Shown piece after piece: positions 26,800 to 36,643 of a stretch of DNA of 38,293 bases; the stretch's first letter is position 1; each line of letters opens with the position of its first letter. Location of the stretch: positions 1-38,293 of the forward strand of contig JAGOFO010000005.1 of assembly GCA_017997155.1 (NCBI GenBank), given 5' to 3'. The notes below the pieces were generated by a model. It was not told where the DNA came from, did not search any database, and worked only from the letters and a program-made list of their open reading frames with translations. Position numbers and translations under genes: made by a program. Source of the stretch: Myxococcota bacterium (GTDB lineage Bacteria > Myxococcota_A > UBA9042 > DTJE01).

Positions 26800-27699
26800 T
26801 CAACGGTCGGAAATTTCGATTCCCAGTGGAGTATTCAACAGTTTTTCGTGTTTCGGCTGGTTGATGCGCGTGCGTTCCTCGCGGGCTTTCACGACGCTCA
26901 TGCCGGAGGCGACCAGAGCCTCGACCGCGGCGGCTTCGTTTTCCACCTGCTGCTTGACGGCGCCGTAGGATGCCCAGCCGACCTGCAGCTTGCCGTTGAC
27001 CAGGAAGGCCGGGGTGCCGCGGGCCTCAAGCTCCATGGCGATGTTGCCCTCGGTCTTTATGCGCTGACGCAGGGCAGGGTCCTCGAAGTCCTTGCGGAAC
27101 CTTGTCATGTCCAGCTTGAGCGAGGATGCATAACCCATCAGGTCGGACTCCGTGAGTGCCCTCTGGTTCTGGAAAAGGATGTCGGCGTACTCCCAGAACT
27201 TTCCCTGGCGGGCGGCGGCCATCGCTGCCGCGGCGGCGCTCATGGCGTTGGGGTGCATTTCAAGGGCGTTGTTCTTGAACACATGGCGCACCTTGTCTGG
27301 ATAGTCGGCCGCGAGCTGGGCCAGACCCTCATGGGCGCGTTTGCATACCGGGCACTGGAAGTCCGAGATCTCGATGAACACGACGGGGGCGTCCTTGGAC
27401 CCGCGCGAAGGACTGGCGTCAGTGGCGGGCTTGGTTCCCTCGGGGATCGCGATCTGGCGGGGCACCGGCCTGTCGGACATCGGTGACACCGGGAAGGTCT
27501 GCGGAGCCTGGTTGGCAGCAGCCTGGGGCGCCGGAGCCGGGCTGGGACGCGCAGCCGGGGCAGGCTGGGCGGCAGTTGGCTGTGCCACCTGCTCGGACGG
27601 GCTGTCCTTGCAGGGATTCCAGTCGCTGGTCACACGGCCAAGTACGAAAGCACCCGCTCCCAGAACAATAAAGGCTATGACAATCAGGATTTTCTTCAT
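26800..27699 (-). CDS. Secreted DsbA-family thioredoxin-fold protein
   Basis: MKKILIVIAFIVLGAGA is a signal-peptide-like N-terminus. A Pro/Ala-rich linker, a CPVC active site and a DsbA-like helical insertion (QGKFWEYADILF) follow. ATG 27699 is preferred over GTG 27747. Confidence 0.75.
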   Translation of the reverse strand: MKKILIVIAFIVLGAGAFVLGRVTSDWNPCKDSPSEQVAQPTAAQPAPAARPSPAPAPQAAANQAPQTFPVSPMSDRPVPRQIAIPEGTKPATDASPSRGSKDAPVVFIEISDFQCPVCKRAHEGLAQLAADYPDKVRHVFKNNALEMHPNAMSAAAAAMAAARQGKFWEYADILFQNQRALTESDLMGYASSLKLDMTRFRKDFEDPALRQRIKTEGNIAMELEARGTPAFLVNGKLQVGWASYGAVKQQVENEAAAVEALVASGMSVVKAREERTRINQPKHEKLLNTPLGIEISDR

Positions 27700-27802
27700 T
27701 GTGGTCAGCCTCAAAAAAAGCCCGCTGATTCCTACCACGTAAGCCACCTTCTATCAAGTACCTGCCTGCATTTCCCAACCTTTTCCACCACCATCCCCAC
27801 CC

Positions 27803-28003
27803 AACCCAGGTTTCCATTTCTACCCAACCCAGGTTTCGATTTTGGCCCTCTCTGCCCAACCCAGGTTTCCATTTCCGGCACCTTGAACCCAACCCAGGTT
27901 TCCAATATTTGCCAGTCCAGACCCAACCCAGGTTTCCAATATTTGCCAATCCAGACCCAACCCAGGTTTCCATTTCTGGCGCCTTGAACCCAACCCAGGT
28001 TTC
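27803..28003 (-). repeat. Array 3 of the GAAACCTGGGTT repeat: 7 direct copies (minus-strand orientation)
   Basis: AACCCAGGTTTC starts at 27803, 27826, 27858, 27891, 27925, 27959 and 27992. The array lies in the divergent intergenic region between the DsbA-like gene and a kinase gene. Confidence 0.95.
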
Positions 28004-28136
28004 CATTCTGGCCCTGAATCTCGCGCGTCATAACGGTTGGCGACCATCGCAGACTGCGATATTCTAGACATCTGTTACGAAAGTTCAGTCGGGGTTCTGT
28101 GTTATCGCATGTTCGGGGGGACCCGGAGGTACGGTT

Positions 28137-29936
28137 GTGAAAGGCGTCGAGGGCGAGATCGTCGGCGGACGGTACGTGATTGGACGTCAAGTCGGTTCCG
28201 GCGGTTTTGGAACAGTCTTTCTGGGACGTCAGATCAATCTCGACCGCGAGGTCGCCATCAAGGTGATGCGACGGGGTCCAGAGGAACCGGCAGTCGCTCG
28301 CGAACGCTTCAGGCGCGAGGCCATTCTCAGCAGTGGTTTGAGTCATCCGAACATCGTTACCTGTCACGACTTCCTCGTCGACGATGATGACGATCTGATC
28401 CTGGTGATGGAATACCTGCGTGGCGTCACGATGGACAGGATTCTGGCGGCGTCTGGTCGGATGGAGCCAGGCAGGGTGGCGGATCTCGTCGCAGGAGTCG
28501 CAGCAGGCCTTGGCGAGTGCCACCGCTGCGGGATTGTTCACAGGGACATTAAGCCGTCGAACATCTTCATTATCGATGAGGGGACAACCAGAGAGAGGGC
28601 GAAGATCATCGACTTCGGCATTCTGTGGGCCATGCCGGACTTTGACGGGGGCCTTCCCGAATTGACTAGGGCCAACGCCTTCATCGGGACTCCCGAGTAT
28701 GTCGCTCCCGAGGTCCTTTTCGGTGCTCTTCCCGACGGAGGAACCGATCAGTACGCGCTCGCCTTGGTCGTGCTGCGAGCAGTGACTGGTCAGCTCCCAT
28801 TCCCAGACTCCAAAGGCGCGGCGCTGTTGAAGAGGTTGACAGATCGGCCGCCTTTGCTGGATCACGAGGTCATGCGGGCGTGGCCGACCGTTCGTGGCGT
28901 GTTGTTCAAGGCATTGTCTCCGGATCCGGGGGATCGTTTTGAAGACATCGACCAGTTCGGTTCGGCCCTTGCCGATGCAGCCGATGTTGGCAGACGAGCA
29001 GCGCAGGCAGGTTCGGTCACGACCGAAACCGTGGTTGAACTGAATCACCCCGGGCTTCCGTGCGATAGTTCATCAGCCTTTGTCCGCGCGTCGAACAACG
29101 CGATCGTTGAGGACAATGGCGAGGCTGCGGATATCTCATCCCAGGTTGAAGCTATTTCATCCCAGGTTGAAGCTGACGGAACCAGACCATCTGCGGGTCA
29201 CCGCATCAAGTGGCTTGCATTGCTGTTCGCCCTCGTGGCTGTTGGCTTTGGAACTGGCGTTGTCTACCTTGTGGTGTCTGACGCCGGAGCTCGGACCGTA
29301 TCGGCGCCTGCGGGCCATCCTGTGGTGGCAGCCGTTGCTCCTGACCCGTCGGAAGCCGAGGAAGACACGACTCCTCCTGTTTCGTCTGCGTTGCCTCGGA
29401 TGGCTGCCCCCGAAACAACTCCCGAAGCACTTGCGCCGTCGCCGGTCCTGGCGTCGGAGCCCCCTGTGGACAAAACCACTTCAGAGTCCGTTTCAAAGGC
29501 CGCGCGCACTGTAAAGACAGAACCAGTGGCCGAGCGTCCACGGACAAACAGGCCGGAGGTCTCCCGAAAGCCTTCCACCCGTTCGCCTTCCAGCATGAAC
29601 GCGGGGTCTGGAGATACCTCGACAGTCAAGCGCCCCTCGCCAGATCCATTGCCAGCGGTTGAACCGGTCCAGATCTCCCAAGCGATCCCTGCACCTGCGC
29701 CTGCGGTTCCGACTGAGGTTGCACCGTCTGAGGAGACGGCCCTGATAATCAATGCGGAACCCTTTGGCCAGGTTACTTATGATGGGCGCCGGATGGGACA
29801 GACTCCAGTAGTAATTGAAAGCCCCAAGCCGGGCCAGCATACGGTCGAGGTCGTCAGCGCATCGAACGTCACTATCAGAAGGGTGGTGACTGTCGAAGAG
29901 GGAAAAAGAAAGGTGGAGTTCTTCAGCCTGGACTGA
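28137..29936 (+). CDS. Hanks-type Ser/Thr protein kinase with TM helix, Pro-rich linker and C-terminal PEGA-like domain
   Basis: GSGGFGTVFLG, VAIKVM, HRDIKPSNI, DFG and TPEYVAPE motifs. The TM helix is WLALLFALVAVGFGTGVVYLVV. The C-terminal INAEPFGQVTYDGRRMGQTPVVIESPKPGQHTVEV resembles a PEGA domain. The GTG start is preceded by GGAGG. Confidence 0.9.
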   Translation: MKGVEGEIVGGRYVIGRQVGSGGFGTVFLGRQINLDREVAIKVMRRGPEEPAVARERFRREAILSSGLSHPNIVTCHDFLVDDDDDLILVMEYLRGVTMDRILAASGRMEPGRVADLVAGVAAGLGECHRCGIVHRDIKPSNIFIIDEGTTRERAKIIDFGILWAMPDFDGGLPELTRANAFIGTPEYVAPEVLFGALPDGGTDQYALALVVLRAVTGQLPFPDSKGAALLKRLTDRPPLLDHEVMRAWPTVRGVLFKALSPDPGDRFEDIDQFGSALADAADVGRRAAQAGSVTTETVVELNHPGLPCDSSSAFVRASNNAIVEDNGEAADISSQVEAISSQVEADGTRPSAGHRIKWLALLFALVAVGFGTGVVYLVVSDAGARTVSAPAGHPVVAAVAPDPSEAEEDTTPPVSSALPRMAAPETTPEALAPSPVLASEPPVDKTTSESVSKAARTVKTEPVAERPRTNRPEVSRKPSTRSPSSMNAGSGDTSTVKRPSPDPLPAVEPVQISQAIPAPAPAVPTEVAPSEETALIINAEPFGQVTYDGRRMGQTPVVIESPKPGQHTVEVVSASNVTIRRVVTVEEGKRKVEFFSLD

Positions 29937-30017
29937 TCTGATTTTTCGCCGAATGTCCAGTGATGAAAGATGCCGTTCCGTGAAGGGGCGCGTGACCTGG
30001 TGCAATCCGCAGGGGAC

Positions 30018-30377
30018 TCAGTTCCGGGATGCTTTGAGAAGACGAGCTCGCTTCACCTGACACCACACCCCGGCAAACACCATAAGGCCAGCCACAACGA
30101 AGAACATGATGGCAGCGGCGAATTCCTGGCTGGTTTTGCCCATCAGGAAGCGCACGCCGACTACTGCATTGACACCTCCGCCGCCGAGAGCGTAGACCAG
30201 GCCGACGATCAGCAGGTCTCGCGGGGAGTGCGTTGCAAGTATCTTGTTCATGTCGAGCGCCGGCGTTCCGGCGTCCGGAGTGGTGACATCCGATGGTTCG
30301 CTCACTTCGTCTCCTTGTCGCCGGATTGCGGCGATGGCTTTCGCGTATCTATTACCACATTTCCCGTCTCCGTACAT
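30018..30377 (-). CDS. Small membrane protein, function unknown
   Basis: Two predicted hydrophobic helices (LLIVGLVYALGGGGVNAVVGV and AAAIMFFVVAGLMVFAGVW). The start is uncertain (ATG 30377 or ATG 30251) and there is no clear RBS. Confidence 0.4.
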   Translation of the reverse strand: MYGDGKCGNRYAKAIAAIRRQGDEVSEPSDVTTPDAGTPALDMNKILATHSPRDLLIVGLVYALGGGGVNAVVGVRFLMGKTSQEFAAAIMFFVVAGLMVFAGVWCQVKRARLLKASRN

Positions 30378-30497
30378 CGTTCATGGAGAAAGCGACCGTG
30401 TTGATTCTGTGCATGACCGAGTTCGGATATCATGTGCGCGTACGGGCGCGACAGGATGACCGTTGCAGCAGGCAACTCTGTCCGCGGGAGGTTTGAG

Positions 30498-30896
30498 ATG
30501 AAGTGTTTTGATGTGCGCACGGCGCGACCTGCGCAGACTCTGGATATTACCGGGCAGGTAAGGGCGGTGGTCGCCGAGGGTGGAAAATGGTCCGGAGCCG
30601 CGTTGGTCTGGTGTCCTCACACGACGGCCGGTATTTACTGTAATGAAGGCGCGGATCCCGATGTAGTGACCGATGTGGAGTCGACTCTGGAACAGATGGT
30701 GCCGCCCAGGCAGGAGTACCTGCACGCGGAAGGAAATTCGCATGCTCACATCAGGTCTATCCTGACCGGTTGCTCACTTCTGGTTCCGGTTGAGGACGGT
30801 GAACTGAAACTGGGTACGTGGCAGCACGTGTTTTTTTCCGAGTTCGATGGTCCCAGGGTCAGACAGGTCTGGGTACAGTTTCTTCAGGGTCTGTGA
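30498..30896 (+). CDS. YjbQ/UPF0047 family protein (secondary thiamine-phosphate synthase-like)
   Basis: LDITGQV...ALVWCPHTTAGIYCNEGADPDV..D......HAEGNSHAHIRS...GTWQHVFFSEFDGPR is the typical UPF0047 pattern. GGGAGG precedes ATG 30498. Confidence 0.75.
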   Translation: MKCFDVRTARPAQTLDITGQVRAVVAEGGKWSGAALVWCPHTTAGIYCNEGADPDVVTDVESTLEQMVPPRQEYLHAEGNSHAHIRSILTGCSLLVPVEDGELKLGTWQHVFFSEFDGPRVRQVWVQFLQGL

Positions 30897-30956
30897 CACT
30901 CCGGGTGGTGGCGGGGACCTGCCTGAGTTCTTGTCCAGGCGGACGTCAACGCCCTG

Positions 30957-31142
30957 AAAACGAAACCTGGGTTCGAAATTCCGGTGCCTGAAACGGACCC
31001 AGAAACGAAACCTGGGTTCGACAAAAACGAAACCTGGGTTCGAAATTCCGGTGCCTGAAACGGACCCAAAAACGACCGGAAAAAGAAACCTGGGTTCGAG
31101 TTTTTTGACCTGTATATGTGCCTGAAAAAGGAAACCTGGGTT
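30957..31142 (+). repeat. Array 4 of the GAAACCTGGGTT repeat: 5 direct copies
   Basis: Copies start at 30962, 31007, 31029, 31085 and 31131. The 45-nt block 30957-31001 is repeated exactly at 31024-31068. Confidence 0.95.
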
Positions 31143-31173
31143 GGGAATTGTGCCCAGGATACAGGGGGTTGCG

Positions 31174-31719
31174 ATGGGCGGCGAAAAAACGGGTGGCTAT
31201 CGTCTCGGGGCGGATATCGAGATTTACTGTCGATACTGCAGGCTGAACCTTGACGGAGTTGTATCCGCGCTCGACGGCGAAGGCAACCTGGCCAAGGTCA
31301 AGTGCGGGACCTGCGGCCATTTCCAGGATTTCAAACCACCCGTGGACATGGAAGAGAAGCACCGGAAACTGGTGGCAAAAGCGATGCGTATCGCCGAGAG
31401 ACACACCCGGGGTCCGGATGCCGCCCGCGCATCGTCGACCAAGTCCGGTAAGGGCACTCGCGGGTCAGCTGGCTCGCCCGAGGCGGAGTTGACGCAGGAG
31501 GCCGTCATGAGGCGGCTCTGGGACGAGGCGACCGCCGATGTTTCACCGATGAAAGCCAAGGTCTACGACAAATTCCGTTCGTATCACAAAGACGATGTGA
31601 TTTCTCACAAGGCCCACGGCCTTGGTGTTGTTGTTCGCGATGATGTTGAAGGGTCGATGACTGTTCTGTTCAGAGACTCTGTGCTGGAACTCGAGCACAA
31701 CGCCCCCCGCGAAGACTGA
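31174..31719 (+). CDS. Zinc-ribbon protein with a basic linker and a small C-terminal beta domain, function unknown
   Basis: CRYC...CGTCG zinc ribbon. The C-terminal KDDVISHKAHGLGVVV loosely resembles the GD.V.H..HG.G motif of CarD/TRCF-type Tudor-like domains. ATG 31174 is preferred because the GTG/TTG at 31141 lies inside the repeat. Confidence 0.55.
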   Translation: MGGEKTGGYRLGADIEIYCRYCRLNLDGVVSALDGEGNLAKVKCGTCGHFQDFKPPVDMEEKHRKLVAKAMRIAERHTRGPDAARASSTKSGKGTRGSAGSPEAELTQEAVMRRLWDEATADVSPMKAKVYDKFRSYHKDDVISHKAHGLGVVVRDDVEGSMTVLFRDSVLELEHNAPRED

Positions 31720-31753
31720 AGGTTCGTCGGCTCACCTAAATGTTCCCGGTCGC

Positions 31754-33742
<1,989 letters not shown>

Positions 33743-33785
33743 GGCTTCCTTTCACATCGGCCCAAACCGTTAGTCGTCGGGATTC

Positions 33786-35015
33786 CTACCTGATGCCGTG
33801 CTTGCGCTCGAGATACTCGTAGTAATCAATGACCGATCTGACGTACTGCCGCTTCTGACTGTACGAACCATGGTAGAAGCTGCGTTTGAAGCCGTAAACG
33901 ATGATGTCCTTCAGTTCAGCGGGGCCGATATTGAAGGTCTCGACGGCGAGTTGGATCTCGCGCGTGACGGTTGTATTCGAGACCAGTCGGTTGTCGGTAC
34001 AGAGTGTTGTCGACAGGCGCAGATCGAGCATCTTGCCGAACGCGTGATCCTTGAGAGTTTTGATTTCAGGGTTCGTCTGCATGTTCGAGGTCAGGCAGAC
34101 TTCGATCGTTATTCGGCGGTCGGCGATGTACTCGGACAGTCGGCGAACGTAGTCGACCGGGTCCGCGATGGCGCGCGATGTGATCTTGCTGGGACTGAGC
34201 AGGTAGTAGCCGTGTCCAAGGCGGTCTGCGTGCAGATCGGTGATCGCCTGGAAGATCGACTCGGGTCCGTAGGCCTCGCCCGCATGAACGGTTTTCTTCA
34301 AAAAGTTCTTGTGGCAGAAGTCGTAGGCATCCTTGTGCTCGCCAGCCGGAAAGCCGGCCTCGGCCCCGGCCAGGTCAAAACCCGTGATCGGGATACCCTG
34401 TCTGTCACGTATCTGGACCGCCGCGCGTGCCATTTCCAGCGAGGTCATCGAGCCGACGGCATGGTCAGGCGAGTATGCGTGAACGCGGAACATGTCTTTG
34501 AAGTAGGGAGACAGGACCGGCATGGCGTTGCGCATCGCGCACACGATGATCCCGTAGTGTCCGTCCGGGCCACGTTCCGGTTCCGGGATTTCGCGAAGAC
34601 GCGCGTTGAAGTCGGCCGTGGCGGCGGCCAGACCACGGTTTACCGCGCAAAGCACGTCATTGACCGGGAAATCGGCTGTGATGTGAAGTTGAGGGGCGAA
34701 GCGTACCTCGAAGTATCGAACGCCTTCTTTGAAGTTGTCTTCAGCGAGCTCGTACGCAATCCGTTCGATCTGTTCGGCATTCGTCATGACGGCTGTCGTC
34801 AATGAGAAACCTTGCAAATACTCGACCAGGCTGGCGTACTTGTCCTTGAAAACGAGCTCGCGCAGACCATCCTCGGTGTATGAGGGAAGCTGGACGCCGG
34901 CTTCCCGGGCCAGTTCGATCAATGTTGGGATTCGCAGCGAGCCGTCCAGGTGGACGTGAAGGTCGGTTTTGGGAATTTCTTTGATAAATTCGGACGTTAT
35001 AGGCGTCATTGTCAT
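33786..35015 (-). CDS. Adenosine/AMP deaminase family metallohydrolase
   Basis: DLHVHLDGSLR (HxH metal site), VHAGE and CTDN-type motifs. At 409 aa it is longer than the classical Add. GGGAGA precedes the ATG. Confidence 0.8.
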   Translation of the reverse strand: MTMTPITSEFIKEIPKTDLHVHLDGSLRIPTLIELAREAGVQLPSYTEDGLRELVFKDKYASLVEYLQGFSLTTAVMTNAEQIERIAYELAEDNFKEGVRYFEVRFAPQLHITADFPVNDVLCAVNRGLAAATADFNARLREIPEPERGPDGHYGIIVCAMRNAMPVLSPYFKDMFRVHAYSPDHAVGSMTSLEMARAAVQIRDRQGIPITGFDLAGAEAGFPAGEHKDAYDFCHKNFLKKTVHAGEAYGPESIFQAITDLHADRLGHGYYLLSPSKITSRAIADPVDYVRRLSEYIADRRITIEVCLTSNMQTNPEIKTLKDHAFGKMLDLRLSTTLCTDNRLVSNTTVTREIQLAVETFNIGPAELKDIIVYGFKRSFYHGSYSQKRQYVRSVIDYYEYLERKHGIR

Positions 35016-35159
35016 GTCTCCCTGATCCCCCCTTGGGGACCGCTTGTGTTTTCAAACCGTCAGGTCATCAAAGATAAGGCTTTGTACTGGTTTTGTCGAT
35101 TCGAAGCGATGGAACGCGACCCGGCGGGTTCGAAACCCGGGTATACTGCCTGTGGAACA

Positions 35160-35375
35160 GAAACCTGGGTTGTGTTTTTAGGTCCCTGAATTCGGACGAA
35201 AACAGAAACCTGGGTTGGCAAAAATCGAAACCTGGGTTGGCCAAGAATCGAAACCTGGGTTGGCCAGAAATCGAAACCTGGGTTGGCTCCATGACGGCCA
35301 GAAATTGAAACCTGGGTTGGTCAGAAATCGAAACCTGGGTTGGCTCCATGACGGCCAGAAATTGAAACCTGGGTT
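35160..35375 (+). repeat. Array 5 of the GAAACCTGGGTT repeat: 8 direct copies
   Basis: Copies start at 35160, 35205, 35227, 35250, 35273, 35307, 35330 and 35364. The 55-nt block 35265-35319 is repeated at 35322-35376. Confidence 0.95.
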
Positions 35376-35408
35376 GTGTTTGCCCGGTCTGGAAAGGAGG
35401 CTTTGCTG

Positions 35409-36068
35409 ATGAAGAAGGTTGCTGTGATTCTTTCTGGTTGTGGTTTCATGGATGGCAGCGAGATCCATGAGGCGACTCTGACGCTGCTGGCTCTCGATCT
35501 GGCAGGTGCTGAGTATCAGGCAGCCGCGCCAGACGTTGAACAGGTGCGCCTGATGGACCACTTTGCCAGGGAAACCGTAGGCGGAACCAGAAACGTCCTT
35601 GTTGAGGCTGCCAGGATTGCCCGCGGAAAAATAGTAGAGGCGTCCACGCTTAAAGCTGAGGACTTTGACGCGGTGGTCATCCCCGGAGGCTTCGGGGCAG
35701 CGAACAATCTGTCCACATTTGCCCCCCAGGGCGCAAAGATGACGGTTCAGGCCGACGTTGGTCGTTTCCTGGTTGAGATGCACAGAGCCGGCAAGCCGAT
35801 GGCTGCGATCTGCATTGCGCCGCCGCTGCTTGCCTGGACGATGAAGAAGTGTGGAGTCACGGGAGCCAGGATCACCATCGGCAATGACAAAGCGACCGCA
35901 AACGCCATCCGGGAGCTTGGTCAGGAACATGTGGACTGCGGTGCCGATGATTGTGTTGTCGACCCTTTGAACAAGCTGGTTTCAACACCGGCCTACATGA
36001 CTGCCAGGGGCATTGCAGAGATGTGGCATGGCGTGAAAAAGACCATCGATGAACTGTTGAAGCTGTAG
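35409..36068 (+). CDS. elbB: ElbB-type DJ-1/PfpI superfamily protein (isoprenoid biosynthesis glyoxalase ElbB-like)
   Basis: MKKVAVILSGCGFMDGSEIHEATLTLLAL is the characteristic ElbB N-terminus, and the ICIAP nucleophile-elbow Cys is present. GGAAAGGAGG precedes ATG 35409. Confidence 0.8.
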   Translation: MKKVAVILSGCGFMDGSEIHEATLTLLALDLAGAEYQAAAPDVEQVRLMDHFARETVGGTRNVLVEAARIARGKIVEASTLKAEDFDAVVIPGGFGAANNLSTFAPQGAKMTVQADVGRFLVEMHRAGKPMAAICIAPPLLAWTMKKCGVTGARITIGNDKATANAIRELGQEHVDCGADDCVVDPLNKLVSTPAYMTARGIAEMWHGVKKTIDELLKL

Positions 36069-36098
36069 GTGGTGGGCGTTGGTTCCGGCCAACTGCCT

Positions 36099-36608
36099 TC
36101 AGTCCTTGAACTCGCGGGCATATTCGACGTAATGTGCGGCACTGGCCCGTACCGCTTTGCGTTCCTCGGGCGTCAATTGACGAACTATCTTTCCAGGCAC
36201 GCCCACAACAAGAGATCCCTCCGGGATTCTCTGGCGCTCCGGAACCAGGCATCCAGCGCCGATCAGACATTCCTGGCCGATTTCGGTGTCATCCAGAACG
36301 ATTGCGCCCATCCCGATCAGGGTCCCACTGCGGATCACGCATCCGTGAATGATGGCTCCGTGCCCGATGGTGCAGTCCGGTTCGATCAGCGTTGGCGTGC
36401 GATTCTCGCTTTCATGTATCACGGCGTTTTCCTGGACGTTCGTGCGCGCGCCGATAGTCACACCGCCGACATCTCCGCGGATGGTTGCGCCAAACCACAC
36501 ATTCGCATCCGGGCCGATGGTCACCTCACCGGCGACGACAACGTTATCCATGATGATCGCCGAGTCAGCGATCCTTGGCGTGCGACCCTTGTACGCTTTG
36601 ACAATCAT
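36099..36608 (-). CDS. Gamma-class carbonic anhydrase-like / hexapeptide-repeat (LbH) protein
   Basis: 169 aa. The left-handed beta-helix hexapeptide pattern (VVVAGEVTIGPDANVWFGATIRGDVG..., IGHGAIIHGCVI) matches the YrdA/PaaY/CaiE family layout. AGGAGG precedes the ATG. Confidence 0.8.
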   Translation of the reverse strand: MIVKAYKGRTPRIADSAIIMDNVVVAGEVTIGPDANVWFGATIRGDVGGVTIGARTNVQENAVIHESENRTPTLIEPDCTIGHGAIIHGCVIRSGTLIGMGAIVLDDTEIGQECLIGAGCLVPERQRIPEGSLVVGVPGKIVRQLTPEERKAVRASAAHYVEYAREFKD

Positions 36609-36643
36609 GGTTTCCTCCTGAAGTAATCACTGGCCGTGGCATG

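Noticed and set aside
27419-29048. Long ORFs running through the arrays might be real genes or repeat-peptide (RiPP-like) precursors. Examples: 27732..29048 minus (438 aa), 27419..28006 minus, 30946..31404 minus, 35068..35349 minus, 35215..35409 plus.
   Set aside because: The core has no stop in any frame, so ORFs read through by default. Unit lengths of 22, 23 and 34 nt shift the frame at every copy, so no consistent peptide repeat results. The 438-aa ORF is antisense to a well-supported kinase gene.
29136-29174. The duplicated CCCAGGTTGAA in the kinase CDS might be a decayed copy of the array core.
   Set aside because: Only 9 of 12 positions match the core. The same 11-mer CCCAGGTTGAA also occurs by chance in ftsH (11381-11391), so the similarity is not distinguishable from background.
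35132-35143. GAAACCCGGGTA might be a ninth member of array 5.
   Set aside because: It has two mismatches and lies 28 bp from the next copy, outside the spacing bands. It is noted as a possible decayed relative but not counted.
35386-35404. A possible sigma-54 promoter (TGGAAAGGAGGCTTTGC) between array 5 and elbB, given the NtrC-type activator in the window.
   Set aside because: The GG-to-GC offset is 14 nt rather than the 12 nt of the TGGCAC-N5-TTGC consensus. The element also overlaps the ribosome-binding site only 5-20 nt from the ATG.
36078-36093. A GTTGG-N6-CCAAC hairpin between the convergent elbB and gamma-carbonic-anhydrase-like genes might be a bidirectional terminator.
   Set aside because: The stem is only 5 bp, there are no flanking T/A runs, and it is too weak to call.
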